Below, piece after piece: positions 18,688 through 29,618 of a DNA stretch of 64,000 bases. Numbering within the stretch: position 1 is the first letter of the stretch; every line of letters begins with the position of its first letter. The position numbers and the translations under genes were made by a program. The notes beneath the pieces are model-generated. The model did no database searches. It was not told the DNA's origin and saw nothing but the letters and a program-made list of their open reading frames with translations. This stretch comes from Desulfatiglandales bacterium (lineage in GTDB: Bacteria > Desulfobacterota > DSM-4660 > Desulfatiglandales > Desulfatiglandaceae). The stretch lies in assembly GCA_963662465.1 (NCBI GenBank), contig OY759599.1:4288001-4352000 (forward strand), in the 5' to 3' direction.

Positions 18688-20082
18688 TTAACCCCGGGTC
18701 TCAATCACCCGCATGGCTTTCCATTTGCCCCCCAGAAAACGTAAAAGAAACACAATACTCAGAATCATAACATATGCCGACACATTTATCCATGAAACCA
18801 TTACACCCCAACCCATCACAACCACCCCCAGGTATGTGGGCGCCACCAGCACCAGCGCCGAAGTGATCACAATGGCAACCATCACATAGCGGGTGTCTCC
18901 GGCCCCCTTGATGGCCGAAGCAAAGACCAGGTTCATGGTGTCAAAAATCGAATAAACAGCAACAAATCTGAGCAGAAGCACGGTCAGGCGATAAATCTCG
19001 GCGAAACTCGCGGGATCGGCCCCCGCCGCAAAGGGAAGTACAAAAAGGTCCGGGAGAAAAAGATAGGCCAGCGAAATGACAAACATATACCCAAAGGTCA
19101 AATGAAATCCGGAATAAACGCTGGTTGTCGCCATATCCGGCCGGTTTTTCCCCAGGTATTGTCCCACGAGAACCGATATGGCAATACTTGAACCAATCAT
19201 CGGCATGAAAGAAAGTGTACTGATATTGAAAGCAATATTGGTGGCAGCCAGGCTCACTGTGCCCAAACGTCCCACCAGGAGAATAAAAATGGTAAACCCG
19301 GCCATATCCAGAAAAAATTGAACACCCGAGGGAAAGCCGAAACGGAGCAAACGCAACAAGAGCCTCTTTTCAGGCCGCCATCCCCTCAGGGTATGGTATT
19401 CCCGATCATACAAGGGCCTGCAGACAAGCGGAAAAAATACCAGCAGGGAGAAGATCCCTGAAATAACAGTCGCAACGCCGGCGCCGCGGATCCCCATTTC
19501 CGGAAAGCCCCATCGACCGAACACCAGGACATAGTCCAAAACGAGATTCACCCCCGTAGCCAGGATATTCACCCACATCACCGGCCATGTTCGACCCCTT
19601 CCCGCAAAAAAACCGGAAAGCGCCGTTGAAGCAATCACGGGACCCGCCCCCAGACAAAGGATAATGAAGTATTCCACCTCCAGACGCTGAATGACCGGAT
19701 CGTGATTCACGAAACGAAAGATGGGTTCCGCAAAGGGAATGAGCGCCATAACAACCCCCCCCCCTAGGGCTGAAACATAGATCCCCTGCCAAATGGCCGT
19801 CCCGATCCGGTGCTTCCGTCCCGCCCCGAAATACTGCGCCACAAAGGTATTCACATACCCAGCGGTACCGATGAACAGACTCATAATACAGAAATTGAGC
19901 ATCCCGGCCGGCATGGCAGCGGCAATGGCCTCGGGGGAATGCCATGAGAGAAACATTCGATCCACGAAATGCTGAACCGACAGTGCCCCGGTACTCAGAA
20001 TCAAGGGAAACGCGATGACCAGGAATTGACGATATCCCCCCTCGCTGCGCCATCTTTTTTTCAGGTTGCTTAAAATGGTCAT
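18688..20082 (-). CDS. MATE-family efflux transporter
   Basis: About 12 hydrophobic segments; FVDRMF, PEMGIRGAGVAT, LVGQYLG, KGAGDT. Confidence 0.92.
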   Translation of the reverse strand: MTILSNLKKRWRSEGGYRQFLVIAFPLILSTGALSVQHFVDRMFLSWHSPEAIAAAMPAGMLNFCIMSLFIGTAGYVNTFVAQYFGAGRKHRIGTAIWQGIYVSALGGGVVMALIPFAEPIFRFVNHDPVIQRLEVEYFIILCLGAGPVIASTALSGFFAGRGRTWPVMWVNILATGVNLVLDYVLVFGRWGFPEMGIRGAGVATVISGIFSLLVFFPLVCRPLYDREYHTLRGWRPEKRLLLRLLRFGFPSGVQFFLDMAGFTIFILLVGRLGTVSLAATNIAFNISTLSFMPMIGSSIAISVLVGQYLGKNRPDMATTSVYSGFHLTFGYMFVISLAYLFLPDLFVLPFAAGADPASFAEIYRLTVLLLRFVAVYSIFDTMNLVFASAIKGAGDTRYVMVAIVITSALVLVAPTYLGVVVMGWGVMVSWINVSAYVMILSIVFLLRFLGGKWKAMRVIETRG

Positions 20083-20191
20083 CTTTCACCCTGCATGATC
20101 ATGTCAATCTCTCTGGTTGCCATTATCGAAAGAATTCTGTATGTACTAGAAAAATACATTTTTATCCACACCATTGAGGAATCATCCGGCT

Positions 20192-20878
20192 ATGATGCAA
20201 CTGGAATCCATTGAAGCCCGTGATCTGCCCGATGCCTGGTTTCAGTGTGTTTACCGACTCCTGGAAACAGGCAGGGAATACGTCATTGACCGGGGCAGTT
20301 TTGAAGGTCAGAAACGGCTCGAGTTCGACTACGTTACCCTCCATATCAAATACCCCGGACAGCGGCCTCTTCTGCCCGAAATTCCACCGGCTCTGGGCAT
20401 TCCCAACCCCGTGGCGGACGGCTATATCGAGACATATCTGCCATATCTCATGACTTCCGCCAAACAACCCGGGGAAGACTACACCTATGGACAGTACCTG
20501 GAAGCCCAAATCGCGGAAGTCATTCGCATGTATCGAGAAGATGGTTTTGAGACCAACCAGGCCTACATGAGCGTGGGAGATCCCCAGGCGGTTTTTCTGA
20601 AAGATCCCCCCTGCCTGAGAGGGATTGATACCCGAATCAAAGCGGGAAAACTTCACTTCATTGTCTATTTCAGATCCTGGGACTTGTGGAACGGCCTTCC
20701 GGCCAACCTGGGCGCCATCCAGCTCCTTAAAGAGTACATGGCATCCTGCATCGGGGTTGAAGACGGTGAAATCATTGCATCCAGCAAAGGCCTTCACCTG
20801 TACGACTACGTATGGGAACTGGCACAGCTCAGAACCTGTCGGACCGATTCCGGGAAACCGGGGCAAGATCACCCATGA
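20192..20878 (+). CDS. thyA: Thymidylate synthase, short (archaeal-like) ThyA fold
   Basis: YTYG, DPPCL catalytic Cys, FRSWD, GLPAN, LHLYD. Confidence 0.78.
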   Translation: MMQLESIEARDLPDAWFQCVYRLLETGREYVIDRGSFEGQKRLEFDYVTLHIKYPGQRPLLPEIPPALGIPNPVADGYIETYLPYLMTSAKQPGEDYTYGQYLEAQIAEVIRMYREDGFETNQAYMSVGDPQAVFLKDPPCLRGIDTRIKAGKLHFIVYFRSWDLWNGLPANLGAIQLLKEYMASCIGVEDGEIIASSKGLHLYDYVWELAQLRTCRTDSGKPGQDHP

Positions 20879-21915
20879 CCAAAACCGATATCAAGGGATT
20901 GAGCGCAGCGGAAATGGAAGCCTGGGCCGTGGACCAGGGATTGGGGGCCTACCGGGGCCGACAGATTCGGCACTGGGTCCTGACGCGATTCGTTAAATCC
21001 TTTGACGAAATGGGAAACCTGCCCAAAACCCTGCGCGCCCTGCTCAAGGAAAAAACCGATATCTCGCCCCTGCGGGAAATCAAAGCCGTCCAAAGCGAAG
21101 ACGGCACGAGAAAATATCTTCACCAGTTACATGACGGTCATATGATCGAATCCGTACTCATTCCCGAAAGAGATCATCTGACCCTGTGCATTTCTTCCCA
21201 GGTCGGTTGCGCCATGGGCTGCCGGTTTTGCTTAACCGGAAAACAGGGATTCAGGCGAAACTTAAAACCCTCCGAAATCATTGAACAGGTAATTCTGGCA
21301 AAAAGGTCCCTGGAATATCCGGAACGACTCAAAAACATCGTATTGATGGGCATGGGAGAACCCCTGGCCAACTACGATGCGGTTATCAAAGCCCTCGGGA
21401 ACCTCATTGAACCGGACGGCATGAATTTTTCCCACCGCAAGGTAACCCTATCCACCTGCGGTCTGGTCCCCGAAATACAACGCCTGGGTCGCGATATCAC
21501 CGTCAACCTGGCGGTTTCACTCAATGCGGGGGACGACGGAACCCGGAGCCGTCTCATGCCCATCAACCGAAAGTATCCCCTTAACCAATTGATTCCGGTC
21601 TGCAAATCATTTCCGTTGCCCAACCGACGGATGATTACCTTTGAATACATTCTTATAAAGGATGTCAACGACCATGATCAGGACGCAATAAATGTCTGCG
21701 GACTCCTTTCCGGACTCAGGGCAAAAATCAACCTGATCCCACTGAATGCGGCCCCGGATTCACCCATGGCCCCACCTTCCATGGGCAAAATACTTCATTT
21801 TCAAGAAATTCTTGCGAACCACCATTTTACGGCCATCATTCGAAAAAGCAAAGGCCGTGATATTTTAGCGGCCTGCGGACAGTTAAAGGGAGCATTTCAA
21901 TCAAAATTCTGTTGA
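20875..21915 (+). CDS. rlmN: 23S rRNA/tRNA C2-adenine methyltransferase (radical SAM)
   Basis: CISSQVGCAMGCRFC, MGMGEP, ITFEY, AACGQL. Confidence 0.96.
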   Translation: MTKTDIKGLSAAEMEAWAVDQGLGAYRGRQIRHWVLTRFVKSFDEMGNLPKTLRALLKEKTDISPLREIKAVQSEDGTRKYLHQLHDGHMIESVLIPERDHLTLCISSQVGCAMGCRFCLTGKQGFRRNLKPSEIIEQVILAKRSLEYPERLKNIVLMGMGEPLANYDAVIKALGNLIEPDGMNFSHRKVTLSTCGLVPEIQRLGRDITVNLAVSLNAGDDGTRSRLMPINRKYPLNQLIPVCKSFPLPNRRMITFEYILIKDVNDHDQDAINVCGLLSGLRAKINLIPLNAAPDSPMAPPSMGKILHFQEILANHHFTAIIRKSKGRDILAACGQLKGAFQSKFC

Positions 21916-21999
21916 CTTTCCCCGAAATTTTGTGTTAGGAACCCCTTGGTCAAGGGTCGTCGGTGGCAACCCTCTGGAAAAAGCGGACGCCTAAAGGCT

Positions 22000-22218
22000 A
22001 TGGATGAAGACCTGAAAAAGCAGATTAAGAATATGGGCTTTATAAGCAGCGTCGGCATGGCCATGGCTTTTTCCATTGCACTGGGGGTGTTGATCGGGTT
22101 CTACCTGGATAAATATTTTGGAACCAAACCCTGGCTTTTTTTCATTTTCATGGGGTTCGGCATTGCCGCTGCGTTCAGGAATCTTTATATCCTTTATAAC
22201 AAAACAAAAGAAATGTAA
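22000..22218 (+). CDS. atpZ: AtpZ/AtpI (ATPase gene 1) family protein
   Basis: GFYLDKYFGTKPW motif; first gene of the F0 cluster. Confidence 0.85.
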   Translation: MDEDLKKQIKNMGFISSVGMAMAFSIALGVLIGFYLDKYFGTKPWLFFIFMGFGIAAAFRNLYILYNKTKEM

Positions 22219-22604
22219 TGGTCGAAAAAACACTTCAAGAAATCAAAACATTCAACTGGGTCATCCTGTTAATATTGACTGCATTGAGCGGTATTTTCAT
22301 GACCGCCCAATTTACGTTCGGTGTGATCTTAGGCGGACTCATTATCATCGCGAATTTCAGTCTTCTGCATCACACCATGTACAAAGCTTTTTCGGATCAA
22401 AGCGTCATGAAAGGGAAAAAAATGGCGCTGGTTGCAAAATTTTATTTTAGACTTGCCATTCTGGGCCTGATCCTTTATATCCTTATCACTAATGGCTGGG
22501 TAAATCCTTTGGGCTTGGCTGTCGGTCTTTCCATCGTTGTGCTCAGTATCCTAAATTTCGGGATTCGGGCTGCTTTTAGAACATCTTCGCGGGAGGCAGT
22601 ATAA
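22218..22604 (+). CDS. atpI: ATP synthase subunit I
   Basis: Four-TM hydrophobic protein immediately before atpB. Confidence 0.82.
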   Translation: MVEKTLQEIKTFNWVILLILTALSGIFMTAQFTFGVILGGLIIIANFSLLHHTMYKAFSDQSVMKGKKMALVAKFYFRLAILGLILYILITNGWVNPLGLAVGLSIVVLSILNFGIRAAFRTSSREAV

Positions 22605-22607
22605 TCT

Positions 22608-23297
22608 ATGGAGCATCCTATTTTCTTTATTGACGCAATTCTGTCCGCCATGGGATTTGAACATTTTGCCCATCATTATTCCCATGTCACCTACACATGG
22701 CTTACCATGCTCATTCTGATCTTGAGCGCCTTTTTCATGGCCAGGAAAGTCAAACTCGTCCCTGAAGGGGGACAGAACTTTTTTGAGATGACAATCAACA
22801 CGCTCGAGGACTTTATGGTGGGAATCACGGGGCCCGAAGGGCGGTTCTTTTTTCCCTTTATCGCTACCGTGTTCCTCTTTGTTCTCGTTTCCAACCTAAT
22901 TGGTTTGGTTCCGGGAATGTTTTCTCCCACGGCCAATCTGAATACTACTTTGGCCTTGGCTCTGTGTACCTTTGTTTACACCCACATCATCGGCGTAAAA
23001 TTTCATGGCGGCAAGTATATTAAGCATTTCTGTGGTCCGGTTTGGTGGCTCATTCCCTTGATGCTTCCCATTGAATTGATTGGCCACCTGGCGCGGGTCA
23101 TGAGTCTAAGCGTTCGACTTTTCGGGAATATTTTCGGCAAAGAGATGGTCTTGGCCATTCTGTTCGGCCTTGCCGGGCTTTATCTTGCCCCCCTGCCCAT
23201 CATGTTCCTCGGCATTTTGGTGAGTTTCATTCAGGCGCTGGTTTTCATGCTGCTCTCCATCATATACTTTGTCGGCGCCATGGAACACGCCCATTAG
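22608..23297 (+). CDS. atpB: F0F1 ATP synthase subunit a
   Basis: SPTANLN, SLSVRLFGNI, IQALVF. Confidence 0.96.
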   Translation: MEHPIFFIDAILSAMGFEHFAHHYSHVTYTWLTMLILILSAFFMARKVKLVPEGGQNFFEMTINTLEDFMVGITGPEGRFFFPFIATVFLFVLVSNLIGLVPGMFSPTANLNTTLALALCTFVYTHIIGVKFHGGKYIKHFCGPVWWLIPLMLPIELIGHLARVMSLSVRLFGNIFGKEMVLAILFGLAGLYLAPLPIMFLGILVSFIQALVFMLLSIIYFVGAMEHAH

Positions 23298-23379
23298 GTT
23301 GTTGATAATGCCTCGTTTTCAGGGGTTGTAAAGTTTATGGAAGAAGGCCATAAAAAAAATTAATGAAAGGAGGTCCACA

Positions 23380-23760
23380 ATGAATAAGAAAACGTTAGTA
23401 GGTATTTTTGCGGCAGCAATGGTGATTTGTTCAGCTTCCATGTCGTTCGCCGCCGAAGATGCCGTAGTCAAGGCTGCTGGTCTTTATGTATACTTAGGGA
23501 TCGCAATTGCCTGCGGGTTCGCCATCGGGATCGCTGCCTTAGGTTGCGGTCTTGGTATGGGTAACGCCATCAATGGCGCCCTTCAGGGAACAGCAAGAAA
23601 TCCGGAAGCGGGCGGTAAAATTATGACCACCATGATTATTGGTCTGGCTCTGATTGAATCCCTTTGTATTTACGCTCTGGTCATCTGCTTTATCCTTGTT
23701 TTCAAGATTCCGGATCTGGGAGGCATGCACGAGCTCATCGTCAAGTCCCTGGGTGCTTAA
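23380..23760 (+). CDS. atpE: F0F1 ATP synthase subunit c
   Basis: ARNPE loop, GLALIESLCIY; signal-like N-terminal extension. Confidence 0.95.
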   Translation: MNKKTLVGIFAAAMVICSASMSFAAEDAVVKAAGLYVYLGIAIACGFAIGIAALGCGLGMGNAINGALQGTARNPEAGGKIMTTMIIGLALIESLCIYALVICFILVFKIPDLGGMHELIVKSLGA

Positions 23761-23772
23761 TTAACCTCTTAC

Positions 23773-23815
23773 AAAAAAAGGGGAGCCTACTCGCATCGTA
23801 GGCTCTCTTTTTTTT
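23773..23815 (+). terminator. Intrinsic terminator after atpE
   Basis: GGGGAGCCTAC/GTAGGCTCTC stem followed by a T-tract. Confidence 0.8.
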
Positions 23816-23823
23816 CTCCATGC

Positions 23824-23841
23824 ATGTGCATTATTTCACAA
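23824..23841. promoter_or_regulatory. Rex operator upstream of rex
   Basis: ATGTGCATTATTTCACAA versus consensus TTGTGAA-N4-TTCACAA (2 mismatches). Confidence 0.7.
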
Positions 23842-23871
23842 TACGTTTTTCAGAATCTACATGGGTAGCCG

Positions 23872-24513
23872 ATGCCAAAGGGATCTAAAATACCAAACCC
23901 CACCATTAAGCGGCTGGCAGTTTATTCCAGGCCCCTTGAGATCCTTCTTGAAAACGGTCCGCCGGTCATATCGTCGGAAAAGCTAGCAGGTCACTGCGGT
24001 GTAAATCCCGCTCAAGTAAGAAAAGATCTGGCCTATTTTGGAGAATTCGGAATCAGGGGGGTGGGATATGACGTGCGAAGCCTGCTGCAGGCAATCAAAC
24101 AAATCCTGGCAACAGACCGGGAATGGGCTCTCTGCATCGTCGGCATGGGGCACCTCGGAAGCAGTCTGGTTCGAAGCGAAAATTTCAAAAAACGGGGCTA
24201 CATTATCAAAGCCGCCTTTGATTCCGATGCCAGAAAGGTGGGCAAAAAGCTCAACTGCGGATTGACCATTCAATCCGCTTCCGGAATTTCAAAGACGGTT
24301 CGAAAACTTGGCATTGAGATCGGGCTCATAACGACCCCCCCACACGAAGCACAGCGGGTGGCCCATCTCCTTCAAGAAGGCGGCGTTGGGGCAATCCTCA
24401 ATTTCACCACCATTCAGATCAGAACACGCAAAACGTGCATTATTGAAAACGCGGACTTATCCGTGAAACTGGAAAACCTCGTGTACCACCTGGAACAGCT
24501 GGATAAAATATGA
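23872..24513 (+). CDS. rex: Redox-sensing transcriptional repressor Rex
   Basis: IPNPTIKRLAVY, QVRKDLAYFGEFGIRGVGY, VGMGHLG. Confidence 0.95.
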   Translation: MPKGSKIPNPTIKRLAVYSRPLEILLENGPPVISSEKLAGHCGVNPAQVRKDLAYFGEFGIRGVGYDVRSLLQAIKQILATDREWALCIVGMGHLGSSLVRSENFKKRGYIIKAAFDSDARKVGKKLNCGLTIQSASGISKTVRKLGIEIGLITTPPHEAQRVAHLLQEGGVGAILNFTTIQIRTRKTCIIENADLSVKLENLVYHLEQLDKI

Positions 24514-24559
24514 AATAGCGGTTCGCGGTTTTCTCAACCGGTATGAAAACCGTTAACGA

Positions 24560-27385
24560 TTATATTCCGGATTGCAGAATCTTCCGCAGGTATTGCCCGG
24601 TATAAGACGCTTCTATTTTTGCAATTTCTTCCGGGGTTCCCGTCGCCACCACATGCCCTCCGCCTCCGCCTCCTTCAGGGCCCAGGTCAATCACATAATC
24701 GGCGCCCTTGACCACATCCAGGTTATGTTCAATCACCACCACCGTATTTTTTCGCGCCACCAGATGATTTAACACCTCTAAAAGCTTTTCGATATCGGCG
24801 AAATGCAGTCCGGTGGTTGGCTCATCCAGCAAATAGAGTGTTTTTCCTGTACCCCGCTTGCTCAGCTCCCTACTCAGCTTGATCCGTTGCGCTTCCCCCC
24901 CCGAAAGGGTAGTGGCCTGCTGTCCCAGTTTGATATAGCCCACCCCCACATCCACCAGGGTCTTCAATTTTTTCCGAAGAATGGGAACAGGCTCAAAAAA
25001 GGCCAGGGCCTGGTTCACGGTCATATTCAGAACATCGGCAATGCTCTGCCCCTTGTATTGGATCTCAAGGGTATCCCGGTTGTACCGCAACCCCCGACAG
25101 ACTTCGCAGGTCACATAAACATCCGGCAAAAAATGCATTTCAATTTTGTTGATGCCGTCCCCCTTGCAGGACTCGCATCGCCCACCCTTTACATTGAAAC
25201 TGAAGCGACCCGGTTTGTACCCCCTGGCCCTGGATTCGGGCAGCATGGAGAAGATGTCCCGGATATGGGTAAATGCTCCGGTATAGGTTGCCGGATTCGA
25301 ACGAGGCGTCCTGCCGATGGGGCTTTGGTCGATATTGATCACCTTGTCCAGGTGTTCCATGCCCAGCAACGCATCCACCGGACCCACTGGGGCCTTGCCC
25401 CCATAAAGATGCCGACTGAGCGCCGGATAAAGGATACCGTTTATCAGGCTGCTCTTCCCCGAACCGGAAACCCCGGTCACACAGGTCAGGGTTCCCAGGG
25501 GAATTTCGGCTGAAATATTTTTCAAATTGTTTAGCCGCGCCCCCCGGATCAAAATGGCGCTCCCGTTCCCCTTCCGCCGAACCGCGGGAATGGGGATAGT
25601 CCGACGCCCGGACAGGTACTGCCCCGTCAGGGAATCGTGCGATTCAACCAATAGATGGGGCGGACCATTGAACACCACTTCCCCGCCCCTGATGCCCGCG
25701 CCGGGCCCCATATCGATCACCTGATCCGCCATGAGAATGGTTTCCGCATCATGCTCCACCACCAGAACACTGTTGCCCAATGCCTTCAGTTGCTTCAAGT
25801 TCTCAAGCAGTCTCAGGTTATCCCGCTGATGCAGGCCGATGCTCGGTTCATCCAGCACATAGAGTACGCCGGCAAGCCTGGAACTGATTTGCGTGGCCAG
25901 GCGGATCCGCTGGTCTTCCCCGCCCGAAAGGGTGCCCGAGGAACGGTCGAGGGTCAGATAATCAAGCCCCACACTCCTTAAAAACCCCAGACGTTCCCGT
26001 ATCTCCTTAAGTACGCCTTTCGCAATGGTTTGTTCCCGGGTCCCCAAAACCAGACCCTCGAAAAAATCATATGCCGCATCAACGGAAAAGGCCGTGAGTT
26101 CATGAATGCCCCTGCCCCCCACGCGAACAGCCAGGCTGGTGGATTTCAGCCTGGCGCCCCCACAGAGGGAACAGGACCGAATGCTCATGAATTTTTCGAT
26201 TTCATATCGCACATGGTACGAATTGGTTTCACGATAGCGCCGCTCCAGATTTGGAATGACCCCCTCAAAAGGACGATTCCGGGACTGCTTTCCGTGAGCC
26301 GTTTGAAAGTTAAAGGAGATTTTTTCCCCGCCTGAACCATATAAAAGCACCTGCCTGATTTCAGATGGGATGTTCCGAAAAGGCAGACCCCTCTCAATGC
26401 CGTAGTGATCCAGTACGGAACACAACATTTGCTGGTAATAGCCCGTATGACGTTTGGGCCATGCGGCAATGGCGCCATCGGACAGGGAAAGATCGGCATC
26501 CGCAACCACCAGCGCCGGATCAAAAGCCCGCTTTGTCCCCAGGCCGCTGCATTCCGGGCAGGCGCCCGCGGGATTATTGAAGGAGAACATCTGAGGAGTG
26601 AGCTCCGGCGTACTGATGCCGCATTTGGGACATGCCGCCTTTTGATTGAAAAACACGTCGCCTGATCCGATCACTTCAACCACCGCCCTGCCGTTACCCA
26701 GGGAAAGGGTGAGTTCCATGGTATCCGTCAACCGTCGCTGAATCGAAGACTTTATCACCAACCGATCCACCACCACCTGGATGGTATGCTTTCGATTTTT
26801 GTCGAGCGCAATGTCTTCATCCAGGAGTCGCACCGCACCATCCACGCGAACCCGTGTATAGCCATCCTTGCGAAGTTTTTGAAGAAGACGTAAATGCTCC
26901 CCCTTTCGATCTTCGATGAGGGGCGCCATAATCTGAATCCTGCGCCCCTCTTCCCAACCCAGCATCTGGTCCACGATCTGCTGGATGGTTTGGGAACGGA
27001 TCTCGATACCGCATTCAGGACAATAGGGCCGTCCCACCCGGGCGAAAAGGACCCGCATGTAGTCGTAAATTTCCGTCACCGTTCCCACCGTTGAACGAGG
27101 GTTGCGACTGAAACCCCGCTGTTCAATGGAGATGGCGGGCGATAGCCCCTCAATGGAGTCCACATCCGGTTTGTCCATCTGCTCCAGAAACTGCCTGGCA
27201 TAGGCGGATAGGGATTCCACATACCGCCGCTGTCCTTCAGCATAGATGGTGTCAAAGGCCAGGGAGGATTTGCCGGAACCGGAGAGCCCCGTAATCACCA
27301 CGAACCGGTTTCTGGGAATATCCAGGGAAATATTCTTGAGGTTGTGCTGGCGGGCGCCTCTTATTTTGATGGCATCAATAGACAT
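24560..27385 (-). CDS. uvrA: Excinuclease ABC subunit A
   Basis: [24 protein letters not shown], Zn fingers, second Walker A, LSGGEAQR. Confidence 0.98.
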   Translation of the reverse strand: MSIDAIKIRGARQHNLKNISLDIPRNRFVVITGLSGSGKSSLAFDTIYAEGQRRYVESLSAYARQFLEQMDKPDVDSIEGLSPAISIEQRGFSRNPRSTVGTVTEIYDYMRVLFARVGRPYCPECGIEIRSQTIQQIVDQMLGWEEGRRIQIMAPLIEDRKGEHLRLLQKLRKDGYTRVRVDGAVRLLDEDIALDKNRKHTIQVVVDRLVIKSSIQRRLTDTMELTLSLGNGRAVVEVIGSGDVFFNQKAACPKCGISTPELTPQMFSFNNPAGACPECSGLGTKRAFDPALVVADADLSLSDGAIAAWPKRHTGYYQQMLCSVLDHYGIERGLPFRNIPSEIRQVLLYGSGGEKISFNFQTAHGKQSRNRPFEGVIPNLERRYRETNSYHVRYEIEKFMSIRSCSLCGGARLKSTSLAVRVGGRGIHELTAFSVDAAYDFFEGLVLGTREQTIAKGVLKEIRERLGFLRSVGLDYLTLDRSSGTLSGGEDQRIRLATQISSRLAGVLYVLDEPSIGLHQRDNLRLLENLKQLKALGNSVLVVEHDAETILMADQVIDMGPGAGIRGGEVVFNGPPHLLVESHDSLTGQYLSGRRTIPIPAVRRKGNGSAILIRGARLNNLKNISAEIPLGTLTCVTGVSGSGKSSLINGILYPALSRHLYGGKAPVGPVDALLGMEHLDKVINIDQSPIGRTPRSNPATYTGAFTHIRDIFSMLPESRARGYKPGRFSFNVKGGRCESCKGDGINKIEMHFLPDVYVTCEVCRGLRYNRDTLEIQYKGQSIADVLNMTVNQALAFFEPVPILRKKLKTLVDVGVGYIKLGQQATTLSGGEAQRIKLSRELSKRGTGKTLYLLDEPTTGLHFADIEKLLEVLNHLVARKNTVVVIEHNLDVVKGADYVIDLGPEGGGGGGHVVATGTPEEIAKIEASYTGQYLRKILQSGI

Positions 27386-28448
27386 GGGCGGTTTGCGTTA
27401 TGACGGCCCTGTTTCGAGCCATTTCAGTCGCCATAAGGATAGCGGCCTTCAGGCTCGATGAATCGGCCCGACCGGTTCCGGCAATATCGTAGGCGGTGCC
27501 ATGGTCCACCGAGGTGCGGATAATGGGCAGGCCCAGGGTGACATTGACCGCATCGGAAAAGTGAAGGAGCTTTAAGGGAATAAGTCCCTGATCATGGTAC
27601 ATGGCCACCACCGCATCAAATCGACCGGAAGCGGCCTGGTGGAACAACGTGTCCGCGGGAAATGGCCCTTCCAGCATAAACCCATGGTCCCGAGCCTTTA
27701 AAATAGCCGGTTTGATAATGGTTTGTTCCTCGGTTCCAAAGAGACCTTCTTCCCCTGCATGGGGATTCAGGGCAGCTACCGCCAAGCGCGGCCGGGAAAG
27801 TCCGAAATCCTCCTTCAGAGCCTTGGCCGTAATCCGAATGGTTTTATAGACGCCGGCCTCGGTCAGAAGATCAGGCACGGCTTTGAGGGCGCAGTGGATA
27901 GTCACCAGCACCACGCGAAGTTTAGTACCCGCCAGCATCATCACATAATCCCCGGTGTCCGTTTTTTCCGCAATCAGTTGGGTATGTCCGTCATACGTGT
28001 ACCCGGCCTGATGCATGAGTACTTTGCTGATGGGAGCGGTGACCATGCCCTGGATTTCATCCCGAAGCGCCATGTCCACGGCCCGCAGAATATAGTCCAC
28101 CATGGCCTTTCCCCCCGCCACAACAGGTTTGCCCGGCTCTATAGCTTCCGGACCCAAGTCCGACAGGGGAATCAGATCCATTACGCCCGGCTTGCCCAGC
28201 GCCTGGGCAGGGACTGAAATGGGATTAATGGACATCTTTTTGGACAAAGGGCTTGTCGCATTCCGAGCCATGCGCGAAATGGCGGCGGAAAGAACAGCCC
28301 CGTCCCCCAGAACGATGGGCCGACAGACTTCATAAACCCGGCTGTCGGCCAGGGCCATGGCGATGATCTCAGGGCCGATGCCGGCCGGGTCTCCCATGGT
28401 AATGCCGATGTAAGGCAGTGTTTTCAAAATATAAGACTCCCTATTCAC
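27375..28448 (-). CDS. pdxA: 4-hydroxythreonine-4-phosphate dehydrogenase
   Basis: [33 protein letters not shown]. Confidence 0.95.
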   Translation of the reverse strand: MNRESYILKTLPYIGITMGDPAGIGPEIIAMALADSRVYEVCRPIVLGDGAVLSAAISRMARNATSPLSKKMSINPISVPAQALGKPGVMDLIPLSDLGPEAIEPGKPVVAGGKAMVDYILRAVDMALRDEIQGMVTAPISKVLMHQAGYTYDGHTQLIAEKTDTGDYVMMLAGTKLRVVLVTIHCALKAVPDLLTEAGVYKTIRITAKALKEDFGLSRPRLAVAALNPHAGEEGLFGTEEQTIIKPAILKARDHGFMLEGPFPADTLFHQAASGRFDAVVAMYHDQGLIPLKLLHFSDAVNVTLGLPIIRTSVDHGTAYDIAGTGRADSSSLKAAILMATEMARNRAVITQTAHVY

Positions 28449-28451
28449 ATA

Positions 28452-28501
28452 AAAAGAGGCCCAGCCCCCGATAATGATTCAGAACATATGGGCCGGGCCT
28501 C
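28452..28501 (-). terminator. Hairpin with U-tract between the small ORF and pdxA
   Basis: Minus strand GAGGCCCGGCCC...GGGCTGGGCCTC-TTTTT. Confidence 0.55.
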
Positions 28502-28529
28502 AAACCATTTAGGCTTAAACATCTTTGGT

Positions 28530-28655
28530 TCAAATGCCGAGTTCCTCCTCTGAAAGCGCCTTCAACAGGGTCACCTCATGGGATTCCACCACACTGGCCC
28601 ATTTGCCCATCATTTCCCGCATTTCCGCGTCCAAATACATCTTTTCAGTTCCCAT
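28530..28655 (-). CDS. Putative small protein (41 aa) MGTEKMYLDAEMREMMGKWASVVESHEVTLLKALSEEELGI
   Basis: Fills the intergenic gap, coding-like codons, followed by a terminator-like hairpin. Confidence 0.5.
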   Translation of the reverse strand: MGTEKMYLDAEMREMMGKWASVVESHEVTLLKALSEEELGI

Positions 28656-28743
28656 GGTCTCATGTTTTAAAAAAAATTACCAATCCTTATTCCCCGCCGC
28701 AAGTGAAAAAAAGCATTGTTACCCGGTATGGCTTTTACAAGCC

Positions 28744-29499
28744 TCAGGAACTCGAATGTAGCGGACGCAAAATGCGAGCCACCCTTGCCTTTATTTTTTC
28801 ATAATGGGTTCCCTTCCAATAGAGCCTGTCGCAGGATGGGCAGCGGGCAAAATCATTGCAGCGCTTCCGGGTCCTGGGTGGAATCCGTTGCCATACGGCG
28901 TCTTTTGCCACCGCCTCAAGAAGCGTGTTACAGCAAAGGCATCGCGAAAAGGGGTTACACAGCTCTTTTAAGGAAAGACGGTTCAAAATCCTTCGAATCT
29001 GTTCCTCCCGGTTGCCGGGCCGAATGAAAATGCCGCAGGCAACACGCCTCAGTTTAAGTAGTTGCCGACTGGCGGTCAGAATAATTCGGCTCTCATTTCC
29101 GGCCATGTCGGCAATTTCACCTGAAGACAGTCTTCTGTCTTCCATCACATCCAAGCCGAGTGCGCGCATGATTTTCACAACATCATGGATGTTGACATCC
29201 GCAATGAAACGGGGTCTTCCAGGGGGCAAGCATCCAAGGTGCGTCACACCCGAGATGCTTAGAGATTCAAAGAGGGGATACACGCTGATGCGATCGTGAT
29301 CCTGAAGGATGTAGGTAAAATCAATCGATTTTCCGTTTGCCAGGAGAAGATCCACCTCCGTATGAGGAATCCCCAGCGCCTCAATCTTGTCCTTGACCGA
29401 TTCCCGCCCCTTAAATCCGCTTTCAAAATCCCGTTGTCGGACATCCTTTGGCAAAAAATCGTTCAACTCCCCGTAAAAACGACATGTAATTTCCGGCAT
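28744..29499 (-). CDS. Mut7-C RNase-domain protein with N-terminal ubiquitin-like domain
   Basis: SVKDKIEALGIPHTEVDL, RFIADV, SRCLCCN...CPSCDRLYWKGTHY. Confidence 0.9.
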   Translation of the reverse strand: MPEITCRFYGELNDFLPKDVRQRDFESGFKGRESVKDKIEALGIPHTEVDLLLANGKSIDFTYILQDHDRISVYPLFESLSISGVTHLGCLPPGRPRFIADVNIHDVVKIMRALGLDVMEDRRLSSGEIADMAGNESRIILTASRQLLKLRRVACGIFIRPGNREEQIRRILNRLSLKELCNPFSRCLCCNTLLEAVAKDAVWQRIPPRTRKRCNDFARCPSCDRLYWKGTHYEKIKARVARILRPLHSSS

Positions 29500-29618
29500 G
29501 GCTGACTTTCGGTGGATTTATGCCACCCCTTCCAATTTTGAATGATGAATGTTAGAGTATGCTCAATTTGTCAGGGGATTTCAATTTTTTTAGCGACAAT
29601 ATTCATATAAGGAGTACA

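Noticed and set aside
23380..23760. Na+-type c-ring or unusual c subunit
   Set aside because: ES..Y is present but the first-helix Gln is Met (GLGMG); the N-terminal extension and split atp operon are common in this lineage
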